Source: Candidatus Peribacter riflensis
Lineage (GTDB): Bacteria; Patescibacteriota; Gracilibacteria; Peribacterales; Peribacteraceae
Direction of reading: 5' to 3'
NCBI GenBank assembly: GCA_001430755.1
Contig: CP013062.1
Location: forward strand, 1,050,001-1,082,000
DNA length: 32,000 bases
This document shows, in pieces, positions 8,702-16,950 of this stretch; the stretch's first letter is position 1; each line of letters begins with the position of its first letter. The notes beneath the pieces are model-generated. The model saw only the letters and a list, made by a program, of their open reading frames with translations, made no database searches and was not told where the DNA came from. Both the position numbers and the translations under genes were made by a program.

Positions 8702-11700
8702 AAGCGACCGACTTTGTCCACCTGCACTGCCATTCGACCTACTCCCTCCTCGAGGCACTCCCGAGCCCGGAGGAAATTGTGGAACGTGCAAAAGAGCTGG
8801 GTCAAACCGCCGTCGGCATCGCCGACAAAGGGTACGTCTACGGGCTGGTGGAGTTCTATCAGGCAGCAAAAAAGGGTGGGCTGAAGCCCATTCTGGGTCT
8901 CGAGACGTACGTGGCGGCCCGCACGCGCTTCGACCAGGAAAGCGGAACGGATACGAAGCGCTACCCACTCGTGCTCCTCGCGGAAAATGAAGAGGGGTAC
9001 TCAAACCTTCTCGCGCTCGCCACGCAGGCCGCGCTCGAGGGCATGTACTACAAGCCGCGTGTGGATGCCGAACTCCTGAGTAAATATGGCAAAGGTCTCA
9101 TTGCGCTCACCGGGCCGATCGGAGGGGCGATCCCGCAGGCCGCGCTGGTGGAGGACGGCGAGCGCATTCAGGAACTCACCGAACAGTACCGTTCGTACTT
9201 CGGCGAAAAGAACCTCTACTTCGAGTTGATGGAACTGACAGGGGTGACCGGGCAGGCCGAGGTGAATCAGCAGCTCATCAGTTGGGGAAAGAAGCTCAAT
9301 GTCCCTCTGGTGGCGACGTGCTCCAGCCACTACTGCCGCCCGCAGGATTCCGAGGCCCACGATGTGCTCCTGTGCATTCAGAAGAACGCAAACGTCGCCG
9401 ATCCAACGCGCTTTTCGATGCGTGACAGTGATTTTTCCATGCGCCCGTTTACGGAGCTGGAGTGTACATTCGCCCACGTACCCGAAGCGCTGCAGAATAC
9501 GCGCGTTATCGCCGACCGCTGCTCCGTCACTCTGGAGTTGGGAAAGTACCGCATTCCCCGTTACCCGGTGCCAAAGGACACCACCGAGGAATCCGAGCTC
9601 TCCCGTCTCGCGGGAGAAGGTTTCGCACAGAGGTACCCCAATGCCACGCAGGAACAAAAGGATCGCCTGAAGCATGAGCTTTCCGTCATCAACAGCATGG
9701 GATTCGCCGGATACTTCCTCATCGTGGCCGATTTCATCAATGAGGCGAAGCGGAGGGGGATTGCGGTGGGACCCGGGCGCGGATCGGCTGCCGGGTCCAT
9801 CGTGTCTTACAGCTTGAACATCACGACGCTTGATCCCCTGGAACACGGGCTCCTCTTCGAGCGATTTCTCAACCCCGAGCGCATCTCGATGCCGGATATC
9901 GATACGGATTTTGCCGATACGCGGAGAGATGAAGTGCTGGAATATGTCCGCGACAAGTACGGCAATGACCGGGTCGTGCAAATCTGCACGTTCGGAACGC
10001 TGGCGGCCCGGGCGGCCGTGAAAGACGTGGGCCGCGCCTACGGCGTGCCGTTTCTCGAAATGAATGCGCTGGCGAAGCTCATCCCCGAACGTCCCGGCAC
10101 GACACTCAAGGATGCCATGGAAACGACGGAATTGAAGGCGGCCTACGACAGCAACGAGACGTACCGGAAAATCATCGACACCGCGTTCAAGCTGGAGGGA
10201 AAAGCGCGCCATGTTTCGGTGCACGCCTGCGGCGTGATCATCACGCCGGAACCCACAGTGCATTTCTCCGCGCTCCAACGCGCTCCCAAAGATGAAAATA
10301 TCATCATTACACAGTACGAGGCGAAGCCACTGGAGGCGCTGGGGCTTCTGAAAATGGACTTCCTGGGACTCACGAACCTCACGGTCATCCAAACCACGCT
10401 GGAAATCATTCAGCGTCTGTACGGCACACAGTTGGATATGGCCAACCTGCCCATGAATGACAAGGCGACGTACGAGCTCCTCCAGCGCGGAGATACGACG
10501 GGCGTGTTTCAGCTGGAATCCGCCGGGATGCGGCGGTACTTAAAGCAGCTCATCCCTACGACATTCAACGACATCACCGCAATGGCGGCGCTCTTCCGCC
10601 CGGGGCCCATGGAATGGATTCCGAGTTTTATCAAGCGCAAACACGGGAAAGAACAGGTGGAATACCTCCACAAGGATGTGGAACCCATCTTCCGCGAGAC
10701 CTACGGCATCGGCGTTTACCAGGAGCAAATCCTGCAGCTCGCGCGTGTGTTCGCCGGTTATTCATTGGGAGAAGCGGATCTTCTGCGGCGTGCCATCGGA
10801 AAGAAAATCAAGAAAGAGCTCGACGCGCAGCGAGACAAGTTCATCGCGGGCGCGGCGAAGAAAGGACATGGGCAGGCGCTGGCAGAGAAGATCTTTGACG
10901 ATGTCATCCTGCCATTCGCCGGATACGGATTCCCCAAAGCGCATGCTGCCGGCTACGCGCGCATCGCGTTTGAAACCGCATACTTGAAGGCGCACTTCCC
11001 GACGGAATTCATGGCCGCGCTCCTCTCGAGTGACGCGCAGCGGACAGACCGCGTAATGATCGAAATTGAAGAATGCCGCCAGATGAGCATTCAGGTGCTC
11101 CCGCCAGATATCAATGAATCGCTCCGCCACTTCACCGCCCTCCCGCCGGAAGGAGCCACACTGGCACACGGGACGGCGCAGAAGGGATCAATCCGCTTCG
11201 GATTGAGCGCCATCAAAGGCATTGGCGACAGCTCGGTGCAGCAGCTCATCGCCGTTCGCGAAGCAGGCGGGAAATTCAAGTCCATCGAGGATTTCGCGCG
11301 GCGCGTTCCCTCGAAAGTGCTCAACAAAAAACTGCTCGAGGCGCTCGTTAAATCCGGCGCGCTCGACTCGCTCGGCGAGCGCAGAGCACTGGTGGAGCAC
11401 TATGAGCTCATCATCGATTACGCTAAATCCAGCGGGAATGTTTCCGCCGCCCAGAGTGACTTATTCGCCTCTGCCGGCACGAAGCTCGACGATGCCACCA
11501 TCGAGTTCCCGCACACTACCGAGGCCACGTCCCTGCAAAAATTACAGTGGGAAAAAGAAACGCTCGGCATGTACGTCAGCAGCCATCCCCTTGCGGGTCT
11601 CAAGAAATACATCGCCAAAAAAGCCCAGCTCATTGCAGATCTCACCGCCAAAGACGCTGGAAAGAAAATCAAGCTGGCGGGACTGGTCGAGAGCATCAAG

Positions 11701-12495
11701 CGCATCACGACGAAGAAGGGCGAGACGATGGCTGTCATCCTTCTGGAGGATCCGACAGGCAAGATTGAGGCGACGCTCTTTCCAAGGGTCTATGGCGAGT
11801 TCGCCAATCTGCTGGAGCTGCCAGATTCGGTGCTCGTTGTAGGAGGGACAATCGATATGCGAGCGGGACAATTGCAGATGCGGGCGGATGCGCTCAAGCG
11901 CGCGGTCCTCTCGACCATGATCACCCATGCCAAAGAGGAAGGGTTCTTCGATGAAGAGGAAGCCAAGCACGGCCTTTCGATCTCGCGCAAGCGACTGGAA
12001 GAGACTGAGCAGGTGGAGTTGGTGGATGAGGAGGGGAATGTCATCGCCGGTGAAACAGTGACGCTGGGGAACAGTCAGAACGGGCAGGACGAATTCCTCG
12101 GCCCACTGGGGCAATGGCTTCTGCAGGGCATGCCGACGACGGAGGTGCTCACGGCACTGGGCTTCTCGGCCCAGGAATCTTCTGAATCGCCTGCACAGGC
12201 AGACTCATCAAAGCCTGAGAAGAAAACCCTGAAGAAAAAGGAGGGCGATGCGCCAACGGAGCCCCGGACCTACTCCACCGAAATCTCCATTCACACGATC
12301 GCGCTCCCGGAGCGCGCGCCAAAAAAACTCCTGCTGGATCTCAAGCACGTGCTCGAAACCTTCCCCGGAAAAGAAAAGGTGCAATTGAAGATCGGCGAGC
12401 AGCTCATTCCCCTCCCGCTCACCATCAACATGTCCACCATCCTCGAAAAGAAGATCGAGGAAGTGCTCAGTGCGTATGCCTCTCCCGCCGCCTGA
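8698..12495 (+). CDS. dnaE: DNA polymerase III alpha subunit
   Basis: It has the PHP-domain N-terminus DFVHLHCHSTYSLLEA and polymerase core motifs (GPGRGSAAGS, MPDIDTDF), and is about 1265 aa long. The start is ambiguous between ATG 8698 (ATGA-coupled to the uORF) and the in-frame ATG 8683 used by the ORF track. The C-terminal ~200 aa include a Ser/Lys/Glu low-complexity linker. Confidence 0.95.
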   Translation: MKATDFVHLHCHSTYSLLEALPSPEEIVERAKELGQTAVGIADKGYVYGLVEFYQAAKKGGLKPILGLETYVAARTRFDQESGTDTKRYPLVLLAENEEGYSNLLALATQAALEGMYYKPRVDAELLSKYGKGLIALTGPIGGAIPQAALVEDGERIQELTEQYRSYFGEKNLYFELMELTGVTGQAEVNQQLISWGKKLNVPLVATCSSHYCRPQDSEAHDVLLCIQKNANVADPTRFSMRDSDFSMRPFTELECTFAHVPEALQNTRVIADRCSVTLELGKYRIPRYPVPKDTTEESELSRLAGEGFAQRYPNATQEQKDRLKHELSVINSMGFAGYFLIVADFINEAKRRGIAVGPGRGSAAGSIVSYSLNITTLDPLEHGLLFERFLNPERISMPDIDTDFADTRRDEVLEYVRDKYGNDRVVQICTFGTLAARAAVKDVGRAYGVPFLEMNALAKLIPERPGTTLKDAMETTELKAAYDSNETYRKIIDTAFKLEGKARHVSVHACGVIITPEPTVHFSALQRAPKDENIIITQYEAKPLEALGLLKMDFLGLTNLTVIQTTLEIIQRLYGTQLDMANLPMNDKATYELLQRGDTTGVFQLESAGMRRYLKQLIPTTFNDITAMAALFRPGPMEWIPSFIKRKHGKEQVEYLHKDVEPIFRETYGIGVYQEQILQLARVFAGYSLGEADLLRRAIGKKIKKELDAQRDKFIAGAAKKGHGQALAEKIFDDVILPFAGYGFPKAHAAGYARIAFETAYLKAHFPTEFMAALLSSDAQRTDRVMIEIEECRQMSIQVLPPDINESLRHFTALPPEGATLAHGTAQKGSIRFGLSAIKGIGDSSVQQLIAVREAGGKFKSIEDFARRVPSKVLNKKLLEALVKSGALDSLGERRALVEHYELIIDYAKSSGNVSAAQSDLFASAGTKLDDATIEFPHTTEATSLQKLQWEKETLGMYVSSHPLAGLKKYIAKKAQLIADLTAKDAGKKIKLAGLVESIKRITTKKGETMAVILLEDPTGKIEATLFPRVYGEFANLLELPDSVLVVGGTIDMRAGQLQMRADALKRAVLSTMITHAKEEGFFDEEEAKHGLSISRKRLEETEQVELVDEEGNVIAGETVTLGNSQNGQDEFLGPLGQWLLQGMPTTEVLTALGFSAQESSESPAQADSSKPEKKTLKKKEGDAPTEPRTYSTEISIHTIALPERAPKKLLLDLKHVLETFPGKEKVQLKIGEQLIPLPLTINMSTILEKKIEEVLSAYASPAA

Positions 12496-13136
12496 TGCGC
12501 ATTCTTCCGGTTTCAGAGGAGGCAACGAATGAGGCGCTGCGGATTCTGGCCGCGGGAGGCATCGTGGCCCATGCCACCGAGACCTGCTACGGGCTCGCCT
12601 GCGATCTCTCAAATCCCGCCGCCGTGACAAAGCTCTTTGCGATCAAGGAGCGATCTTCGGGCCAGCCTGTGAGCGCCCTGTTTCCTTCTGTCAAAGAGGC
12701 GAAGAACTATGTGGCATGGAATGATCGCGCCGAAGCACTGGCGCATCAGCACCTGCCCGGCCCCCTCACGCTCATTCTCCCGTTACGCAAAGACGCCCCT
12801 CTCGTCTTCCCTATCCCTACCCCTACCCCTAACCCTATCCCTAACCCTATCCCTACCCCTAACCCTACCCTCGCCCTCCGCATCTCTTCCCACCCCCTCG
12901 CCCAAGCATTGGCCGCCCGCTTCGGCAAGCCTCTCTCGACAACATCCGCCAATCTGCACGGTCGCCCCAGCCCCTACTCGGCGCAGGAAATCGAACGGCA
13001 GTTTGCCTCCGCCTCTGCACAGCCGGATCTGATCCTCGATAGCGGGGAATTACCTCCTGTGCCACCATCCACCATTATCGATCTCACACAAAGAGACGAA
13101 ACCCGAACAAGACGCCAAGGAGGTCTTTCCGTCTGA
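12495..13136 (+). CDS. tsaC: L-threonylcarbamoyladenylate synthase, YrdC/TsaC type (tRNA t6A37 pathway)
   Basis: The 213-aa product has YrdC-domain hallmarks: ATETCYGLACD, KLFAIKERSSGQPVSALF, LPGPLTLILP, STTSANLHG and PSTIIDLT. ATG 12495 overlaps the dnaE TGA (TGATG). It contains an unusual Pro-rich insert, annotated as the repeat at 12809-12868. Confidence 0.85.
   Translation: MRILPVSEEATNEALRILAAGGIVAHATETCYGLACDLSNPAAVTKLFAIKERSSGQPVSALFPSVKEAKNYVAWNDRAEALAHQHLPGPLTLILPLRKDAPLVFPIPTPTPNPIPNPIPTPNPTLALRISSHPLAQALAARFGKPLSTTSANLHGRPSPYSAQEIERQFASASAQPDLILDSGELPPVPPSTIIDLTQRDETRTRRQGGLSV
12809..12868 (+). repeat. Ten tandem CCCTAN hexamers inside the tsaC CDS
   Basis: The units are ccctat ccctac ccctac ccctaa ccctat ccctaa ccctat ccctac ccctaa ccctac. 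They are read in frame as PIPTPTPNPIPNPIPTPNPT. The complement strand carries ten GGG tracts spaced 3 nt apart. Confidence 0.95.
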
Positions 13137-13155
13137 CGATGACACTCCATCACTC

Positions 13156-13188
13156 ATATGGAATACGTCATACGGTATACTGCATACT
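13156..13188 (+). repeat. Five ATAY cores phased exactly 7 bp apart in the tsaC-nrdR gap
   Basis: ATAT occurs at 13156, and ATAC at 13163, 13170, 13177 and 13184. The array ends in the same 12-mer (ATACTGCATACT) as the array upstream of dnaE. Confidence 0.6.
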
Positions 13189-13408
13189 ATTTCCCCCCTG
13201 CCCGTGGCAGGGAATAAGAAGACCAGCCCCCGCGTCGCCCGCATGGCCGCCCGCCTCCTTAAAAGAGGAGCAAGAGCAGGAAGGTGCGCACGGTTTCGGC
13301 GAGCGCCCTCACACAGGCTTCTGACCGGCGAAAGGCAAAGAAGAGGCGCTGAATGAAAAGGACAGGAGTCTCTTTTGCCGGCCAGGGAAAGCCGGGTAAG
13401 CTTCGGCT

Positions 13409-13855
13409 ATGTACTGCCCTCGCTGCAAAGCGGAAGACACGGCGGTCATCGACTCGCGCCTGGCGGAGGAGGGGCGGGCGATCCGACGGCGGCGCGAATG
13501 CCCCAAGTGCAATCACCGGTTCACGACATTTGAGCGGCAGGAGCTGAGCCATTTGATCGTGGTGAAGCGCGACGGCACGCGCGAGCCCTACAGTCGCAGT
13601 AAGCTCGAACGGGGCATTTGGCTGGCCTGCACCAAGCGGCCCGTCTCGCAGGAGAAAATCGACCGCCTCTTGGGTAAATTGGAAGAGAAGTGGGGAGGCA
13701 ACCGCCGCGAGGTATCGAGCTCGACGATCGGCACCGACGTCATGCGGGAACTGAAGAAACTCGATACGGTCGCTTACATCCGCTTCGCCTCTGTGCACCG
13801 GGAATTCAAGGATGTGGTGGAATTCAAGAAGGAATTGGGGCAGTTATTAAAGTAA
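13409..13855 (+). CDS. nrdR: Transcriptional repressor NrdR (zinc ribbon + ATP-cone)
   Basis: MYCPRCKAEDTAVIDSR...RRRRECPKCNHRFTTFER is the NrdR zinc ribbon. An ATP-cone follows (VVKRDGTREPYSRSKL ... DTVAYIRFASVHREF). The product is 148 aa. Confidence 0.95.
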   Translation: MYCPRCKAEDTAVIDSRLAEEGRAIRRRRECPKCNHRFTTFERQELSHLIVVKRDGTREPYSRSKLERGIWLACTKRPVSQEKIDRLLGKLEEKWGGNRREVSSSTIGTDVMRELKKLDTVAYIRFASVHREFKDVVEFKKELGQLLK

Positions 13856-13963
13856 GGAAAGTAATGTAGGTAAGAAAGGTGAGAAAGGTGATTTCTGCTA
13901 TGCTGGCGCTCGTATTGCCTTCTGTACTTCCCTTACCTTCCTTACGTTCCTTACCTTCCTTAC
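13852..13963 (+). repeat. Two blocks of about four 9-bp tandem repeats in inverted orientation (long imperfect hairpin) filling the nrdR-aspS gap
   Basis: The purine block at 13852-13888 reads gtaaggaaa gtaatgtag gtaagaaag gtgagaaag g. The pyrimidine block at 13927-13963 reads cttcccttac cttccttac gttccttac cttccttac. Hand alignment gives 28 Watson-Crick and 2 G-U pairs out of 37, with a 38-nt loop. The 3' arm ends 3 nt before the aspS ATG. Confidence 0.8.
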
Positions 13964-13966
13964 CTC

Positions 13967-15727
13967 ATGTTACGAACCCACACCTGCGGCGAGCTGACGG
14001 CCAAACATGCCGATCAGCAAACGACTCTGTGCGGCTGGGTACACCGGCGCCGCGACCACGGAGGGCTCATCTTCGTGGACCTGCGGGACCGCTACGGCTT
14101 CACACAGATCGTGTTCGATCCGAAGGATAAGACGACCTTCGCCGCCGCGGAGAAGATTCGCCCCGAGTGGGTACTGAAAGTAACCGGAGTCGTTCGCAAG
14201 CGCGTGGAAGGTGCGGAGCGCAAAGAGAATCCCACGGGCGAAATCGAAGTGCTCGCAGAAAGTATTGAGGTGTTGAGCGAGTCGAAGACGCCGCCGTTCG
14301 AAATCGACCAGGAGAAGGAGGTGAACGAAGAACTTCGCCTGCAGTACCGGTTCCTGGACCTGCGCCGCCCCTCGCTTCAGAAAATGATGCAGCAAAGGGA
14401 TGCGTTCATCGGGCATATCCGCGGCTACATGCATGGCAAGGGATTCACAGAAGTGCAGACGCCTATTCTCGCCAACTCCTCCCCCGAGGGGGCACGTGAC
14501 TATCTGGTGCCGAGCCGCCTGCACCACGGAATGTTCTACGCACTTCCTCAGGCTCCTCAGCAATTCAAACAGCTCCTGATGGTGGCGGGGCTTGACCGGT
14601 ACTTCCAGATTGCACCCTGTTTCCGGGATGAAGATCCCCGCGCCGACCGTCATCCCGGCGAGTTCTACCAGCTGGATCTTGAAATGAGCTTCGTCACGCA
14701 GGAAGACATCTTCAATGCCGTGGAGCCGCTCATGATCGAACTGACCGAAAAGTTCAGTGACAAAAAAATCGTGCAACGGACCTTCCCCCGCTTCACGTGG
14801 AAAGAAATTTTTGACCGCTATGGCTCAGATAAACCGGATCTGAGATTCGGCCTGGAAATAAACGACATCACCGCTCTCTGCAAGGGCTGCGGATTCTCCA
14901 TTTTCGCGGATGCGGTCACGAAGGGTGGAGTGGTGAAAGCGCTGAGGGTCGCCGGAGGAGCGAAATTCTCCCGCAAGGAGATCGATGATCTCACCGATGT
15001 CGCACGAACGTACGGCGCCAAAGGGCTTGCGTGGATGAAACGGACAAAGGGAAAGCTCGAAGGGGTGCCCGTCACGAAATTGGGTGAGGATTTCTCGGAA
15101 AAAATCGCAGAACAGATAGCACTTGGAGACGGAGACATCGCCTTCTTCACGGCAGACAAGTGGCTGATCGCCTGCCGCTCTCTCGGCCAGGTACGCGGAG
15201 AGATCGGCAAGAAACTGAAACTGGCAGACTCCAAAACGGCCGCATGGGCCTGGGTGAAGGATTTTCCGATGTATGAGTGGAATGAGCAGGAGAAAAAGAT
15301 CGACTTCATGCATAACCCTTTCTCCATGCCCCAGGGCGGAATGGAGGCGCTGGAGAAGGACCCTCTCACCATCCTCGCCTACCAGTACGATCTCATTTGT
15401 AACGGCTTTGAAATCAGCTCAGGAGCCATTCGTAATCACCGACCGGATATCATGTACAAGGCTTTCGAGATTGCCGGATATTCAAAGGAAGACGTCGACA
15501 AGAAATTTGGCGGAATGATCCGCGCATTTCAGTTTGGCGCGCCGCCCCACGGCGGCATTGCCCCGGGCATCGACCGCCTCATGATGGTGCTGTGGGAATG
15601 CCCCTCCATTCGCGATATCTATGCCTTCCCCAAGAACGGCAAGGCTCAGGATGTCATGATGGGGGCACCCTCCGTGGTTTCCGACGCTCAGCTCAAAGAG
15701 CTCAGCATCCGCGTAGTGGAAGAATAG
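13967..15727 (+). CDS. aspS: Aspartate--tRNA ligase, bacterial type with GAD insertion domain
   Basis: MLRTHTCGELTAKHADQQTTLCGWVHRRRDHGGLIFVDLRDRYG is the OB-fold N-terminus. Class II motifs are present (FYALPQAPQQFKQLLM, FRDEDPRADRHPGEFYQLD, GGIAPGIDRLMM). The product is 586 aa. Confidence 0.95.
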   Translation: MLRTHTCGELTAKHADQQTTLCGWVHRRRDHGGLIFVDLRDRYGFTQIVFDPKDKTTFAAAEKIRPEWVLKVTGVVRKRVEGAERKENPTGEIEVLAESIEVLSESKTPPFEIDQEKEVNEELRLQYRFLDLRRPSLQKMMQQRDAFIGHIRGYMHGKGFTEVQTPILANSSPEGARDYLVPSRLHHGMFYALPQAPQQFKQLLMVAGLDRYFQIAPCFRDEDPRADRHPGEFYQLDLEMSFVTQEDIFNAVEPLMIELTEKFSDKKIVQRTFPRFTWKEIFDRYGSDKPDLRFGLEINDITALCKGCGFSIFADAVTKGGVVKALRVAGGAKFSRKEIDDLTDVARTYGAKGLAWMKRTKGKLEGVPVTKLGEDFSEKIAEQIALGDGDIAFFTADKWLIACRSLGQVRGEIGKKLKLADSKTAAWAWVKDFPMYEWNEQEKKIDFMHNPFSMPQGGMEALEKDPLTILAYQYDLICNGFEISSGAIRNHRPDIMYKAFEIAGYSKEDVDKKFGGMIRAFQFGAPPHGGIAPGIDRLMMVLWECPSIRDIYAFPKNGKAQDVMMGAPSVVSDAQLKELSIRVVEE

Positions 15728-15772
15728 CCGCACGCCCTCCGTTCGTATCGTCGGGCATTATGGGCCGTTTTG

Positions 15773-15781
15773 TGCTATAAT
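15773..15781 (+). promoter_or_regulatory. Extended -10 promoter TGCTATAAT; predicted leaderless transcript for the 15790 gene
   Basis: This is a perfect TGnTATAAT. Only 8 nt separate the last T (15781) from the A of ATG 15790, and there is no SD. Confidence 0.55.
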
Positions 15782-15789
15782 GACCTGAT

Positions 15790-16776
15790 ATGGCCGAACC
15801 TGTTGATCCCAAGAAGGCCGACCTGCAGAAGCAGCTGGAACGCGCGCAGGAGCTCAGGCGCGCACAGCTGGAAAAGGAGAAGGAACGCCGCGGGGAACGC
15901 CGGCAGGAAGCCGCAGAGCGCGGCGAGCGCCAGCACGCCTTCACAGAGGCGGAACTTTTGGAGCAGGAACGCAAGAAGCGGGAAGTGAAGGAGTGGCAGG
16001 AGGCGGAGGTGGAACGGAAAAAGGCTGTAATTGAAATGAAAAAGAAAAAAGAGGAAGAGAAGAAATTTTGGGAGGACCAGGACGCCAAGCACGCGGAGAA
16101 ACTCAAGAAGCGCGCCGCCTACATGAAGCAGATGCACGAGCAGAACGAACGCCAGATGATGCTGGAACGCCGCAAGAACGCCGCGAAGAAATTGACGGAT
16201 GACACGCGTGAGAAAGCGGAATGGGATGCTTTACGTACACGACAGCAGAGCGAATTGTGGGCGAAGCAGGAGCGCGGAAAGACGGAGATAGGATCCAGAA
16301 AGAAACGCGCGGATGCCGACCAGGAGGAGCAACGCCTGAAAGAAACCGCAGAGGAGGAGGCGCGGCAGAAGAAGACGAAAATCGAAACCCAGAACCGTGA
16401 AGCGATGGCGCGCGTGGAAAATGATATCCGGCGGCGCCGGATGGTGGCCGCGGAACTGCCGCTCCCGCTCCGCGAGGCGGAACAGCGAAAAATAGACGTG
16501 GACGAGCGGCGGGAGCGCGAAAAAATCGAACATGAAAAACGCATGGCGCAAACGGCCATCGATATGGAGGCGAACAAGCGAAAACTGGAGATTGAGCTGC
16601 AGGCACGTCGCAAGCGCGAAGACGCAGCTATCCAGGAGCGTGAAGGCCTGGCGGCAATCGAATCAGAAGAGAAGAGGCGCGGCGATCAGGCAGGCAAAGA
16701 CGCCGTTCATAAAGAGGAAGAGGCTGCCCGCCGCGCCGATCACATCGCGCGGGGAGAGGAAGAAATCCCCACATGA
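15790..16776 (+). CDS. Hypothetical highly charged Glu/Arg/Lys-rich protein (328 aa), predicted long helical/coiled region
   Basis: It is the longest ORF in the region and sits directly downstream of a consensus -10. The composition is dominated by E, R, K, A and Q throughout (EKEKERRGERRQEAAERGERQ...). There is no TM segment or signal peptide. The opposite-strand ORFs here look like shadows. Confidence 0.65.
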   Translation: MAEPVDPKKADLQKQLERAQELRRAQLEKEKERRGERRQEAAERGERQHAFTEAELLEQERKKREVKEWQEAEVERKKAVIEMKKKKEEEKKFWEDQDAKHAEKLKKRAAYMKQMHEQNERQMMLERRKNAAKKLTDDTREKAEWDALRTRQQSELWAKQERGKTEIGSRKKRADADQEEQRLKETAEEEARQKKTKIETQNREAMARVENDIRRRRMVAAELPLPLREAEQRKIDVDERREREKIEHEKRMAQTAIDMEANKRKLEIELQARRKREDAAIQEREGLAAIESEEKRRGDQAGKDAVHKEEEAARRADHIARGEEEIPT

Positions 16777-16814
16777 TGGTTCAGCAACAAAAACGCCAAT
16801 GGACAGAAATTAAT

Positions 16815-16823
16815 TGATATACT
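16815..16823 (+). promoter_or_regulatory. Candidate extended -10 (TGATATACT) upstream of tRNA-Leu
   Basis: The sequence is TGn followed by TATACT at 16818-16823. Use of this promoter would imply a ~130-nt tRNA leader containing two perfect hairpins. Confidence 0.35.
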
Positions 16824-16919
16824 TCCTGCAACCGCTCTTTCTTGCCCCTATCAGATAGCCACGCGCCGAAGGCAGGCTCTGCCTGCCTGGAGGCGCACCG
16901 CTGAGGGAAGGGGTAGCCC

Positions 16920-16950
16920 ATGGATGGGAAACCTGCGGTTTCCCATCCAT
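16920..16950 (+). other. Perfect 14-bp stem / 3-nt loop hairpin 7 nt upstream of tRNA-Leu
   Basis: The sequence is ATGGATGGGAAACC tgc GGTTTCCCATCCAT. A second perfect 7-bp hairpin (GGCAGGC tct GCCTGCC) lies at 16871-16887. Confidence 0.8.

Noticed and set aside
9001-10392. A 463-aa ORF on the - strand inside dnaE. Similar long antisense ORFs occur at 7367-8254, 13970-14776, 17175-18050, 21938-22972 and 23027-24193.
   Set aside because: These are shadow ORFs, typical of GC-rich DNA. In each case the opposite strand encodes a protein with clear family motifs or operon logic. The antisense translations are Arg/Gly/His-rich with no recognisable features.
12809-12868. Whether the CCCTAA-like repeat is a telomere, eukaryotic contamination or a CRISPR-like array.
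   Set aside because: The 60-bp tract is in frame inside an otherwise normal bacterial tsaC gene, flanked on both sides by conserved YrdC motifs. It has no spacers and the unit is only 6 bp.
13139-13324. A 61-aa ORF (+) starting 3 nt after the tsaC stop, and a 37-codon Arg-rich ORF from 13243.
   Set aside because: Neither has a recognisable motif. The composition is biased toward Pro/Arg/Ala, typical of out-of-frame GC-rich sequence. The first runs through the ATAC array and the hairpin. I treat the region as non-coding pending RNA evidence.
13137-13408. NrdR boxes or a cobalamin riboswitch in the nrdR upstream gap.
   Set aside because: I found no 16-bp palindrome of the acaCwAtATaTwGtgt type; the ATAC units are direct repeats, not inverted. 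AGACCAGCC matches only a fragment of the B12 box, and the rest of the riboswitch core is not visible.
13856-13966. A T-box riboswitch upstream of aspS.
   Set aside because: The gap is only 111 nt. It lacks the conserved T-box sequence (AGGGUGGNACCGCG-like) and the specifier-loop architecture. It consists of simple 9-mer repeats instead.
13879-14130. An 83-aa ORF (MRKVISAMLALVLPSVLPLPSL...) that looks like a leader or signal peptide and overlaps the aspS start.
   Set aside because: Its hydrophobic and Pro/Ser/Leu-rich sequence is simply the translation of the pyrimidine 9-mer repeats. It runs out of frame through the conserved aspS N-terminus. A short regulatory uORF cannot be fully excluded.
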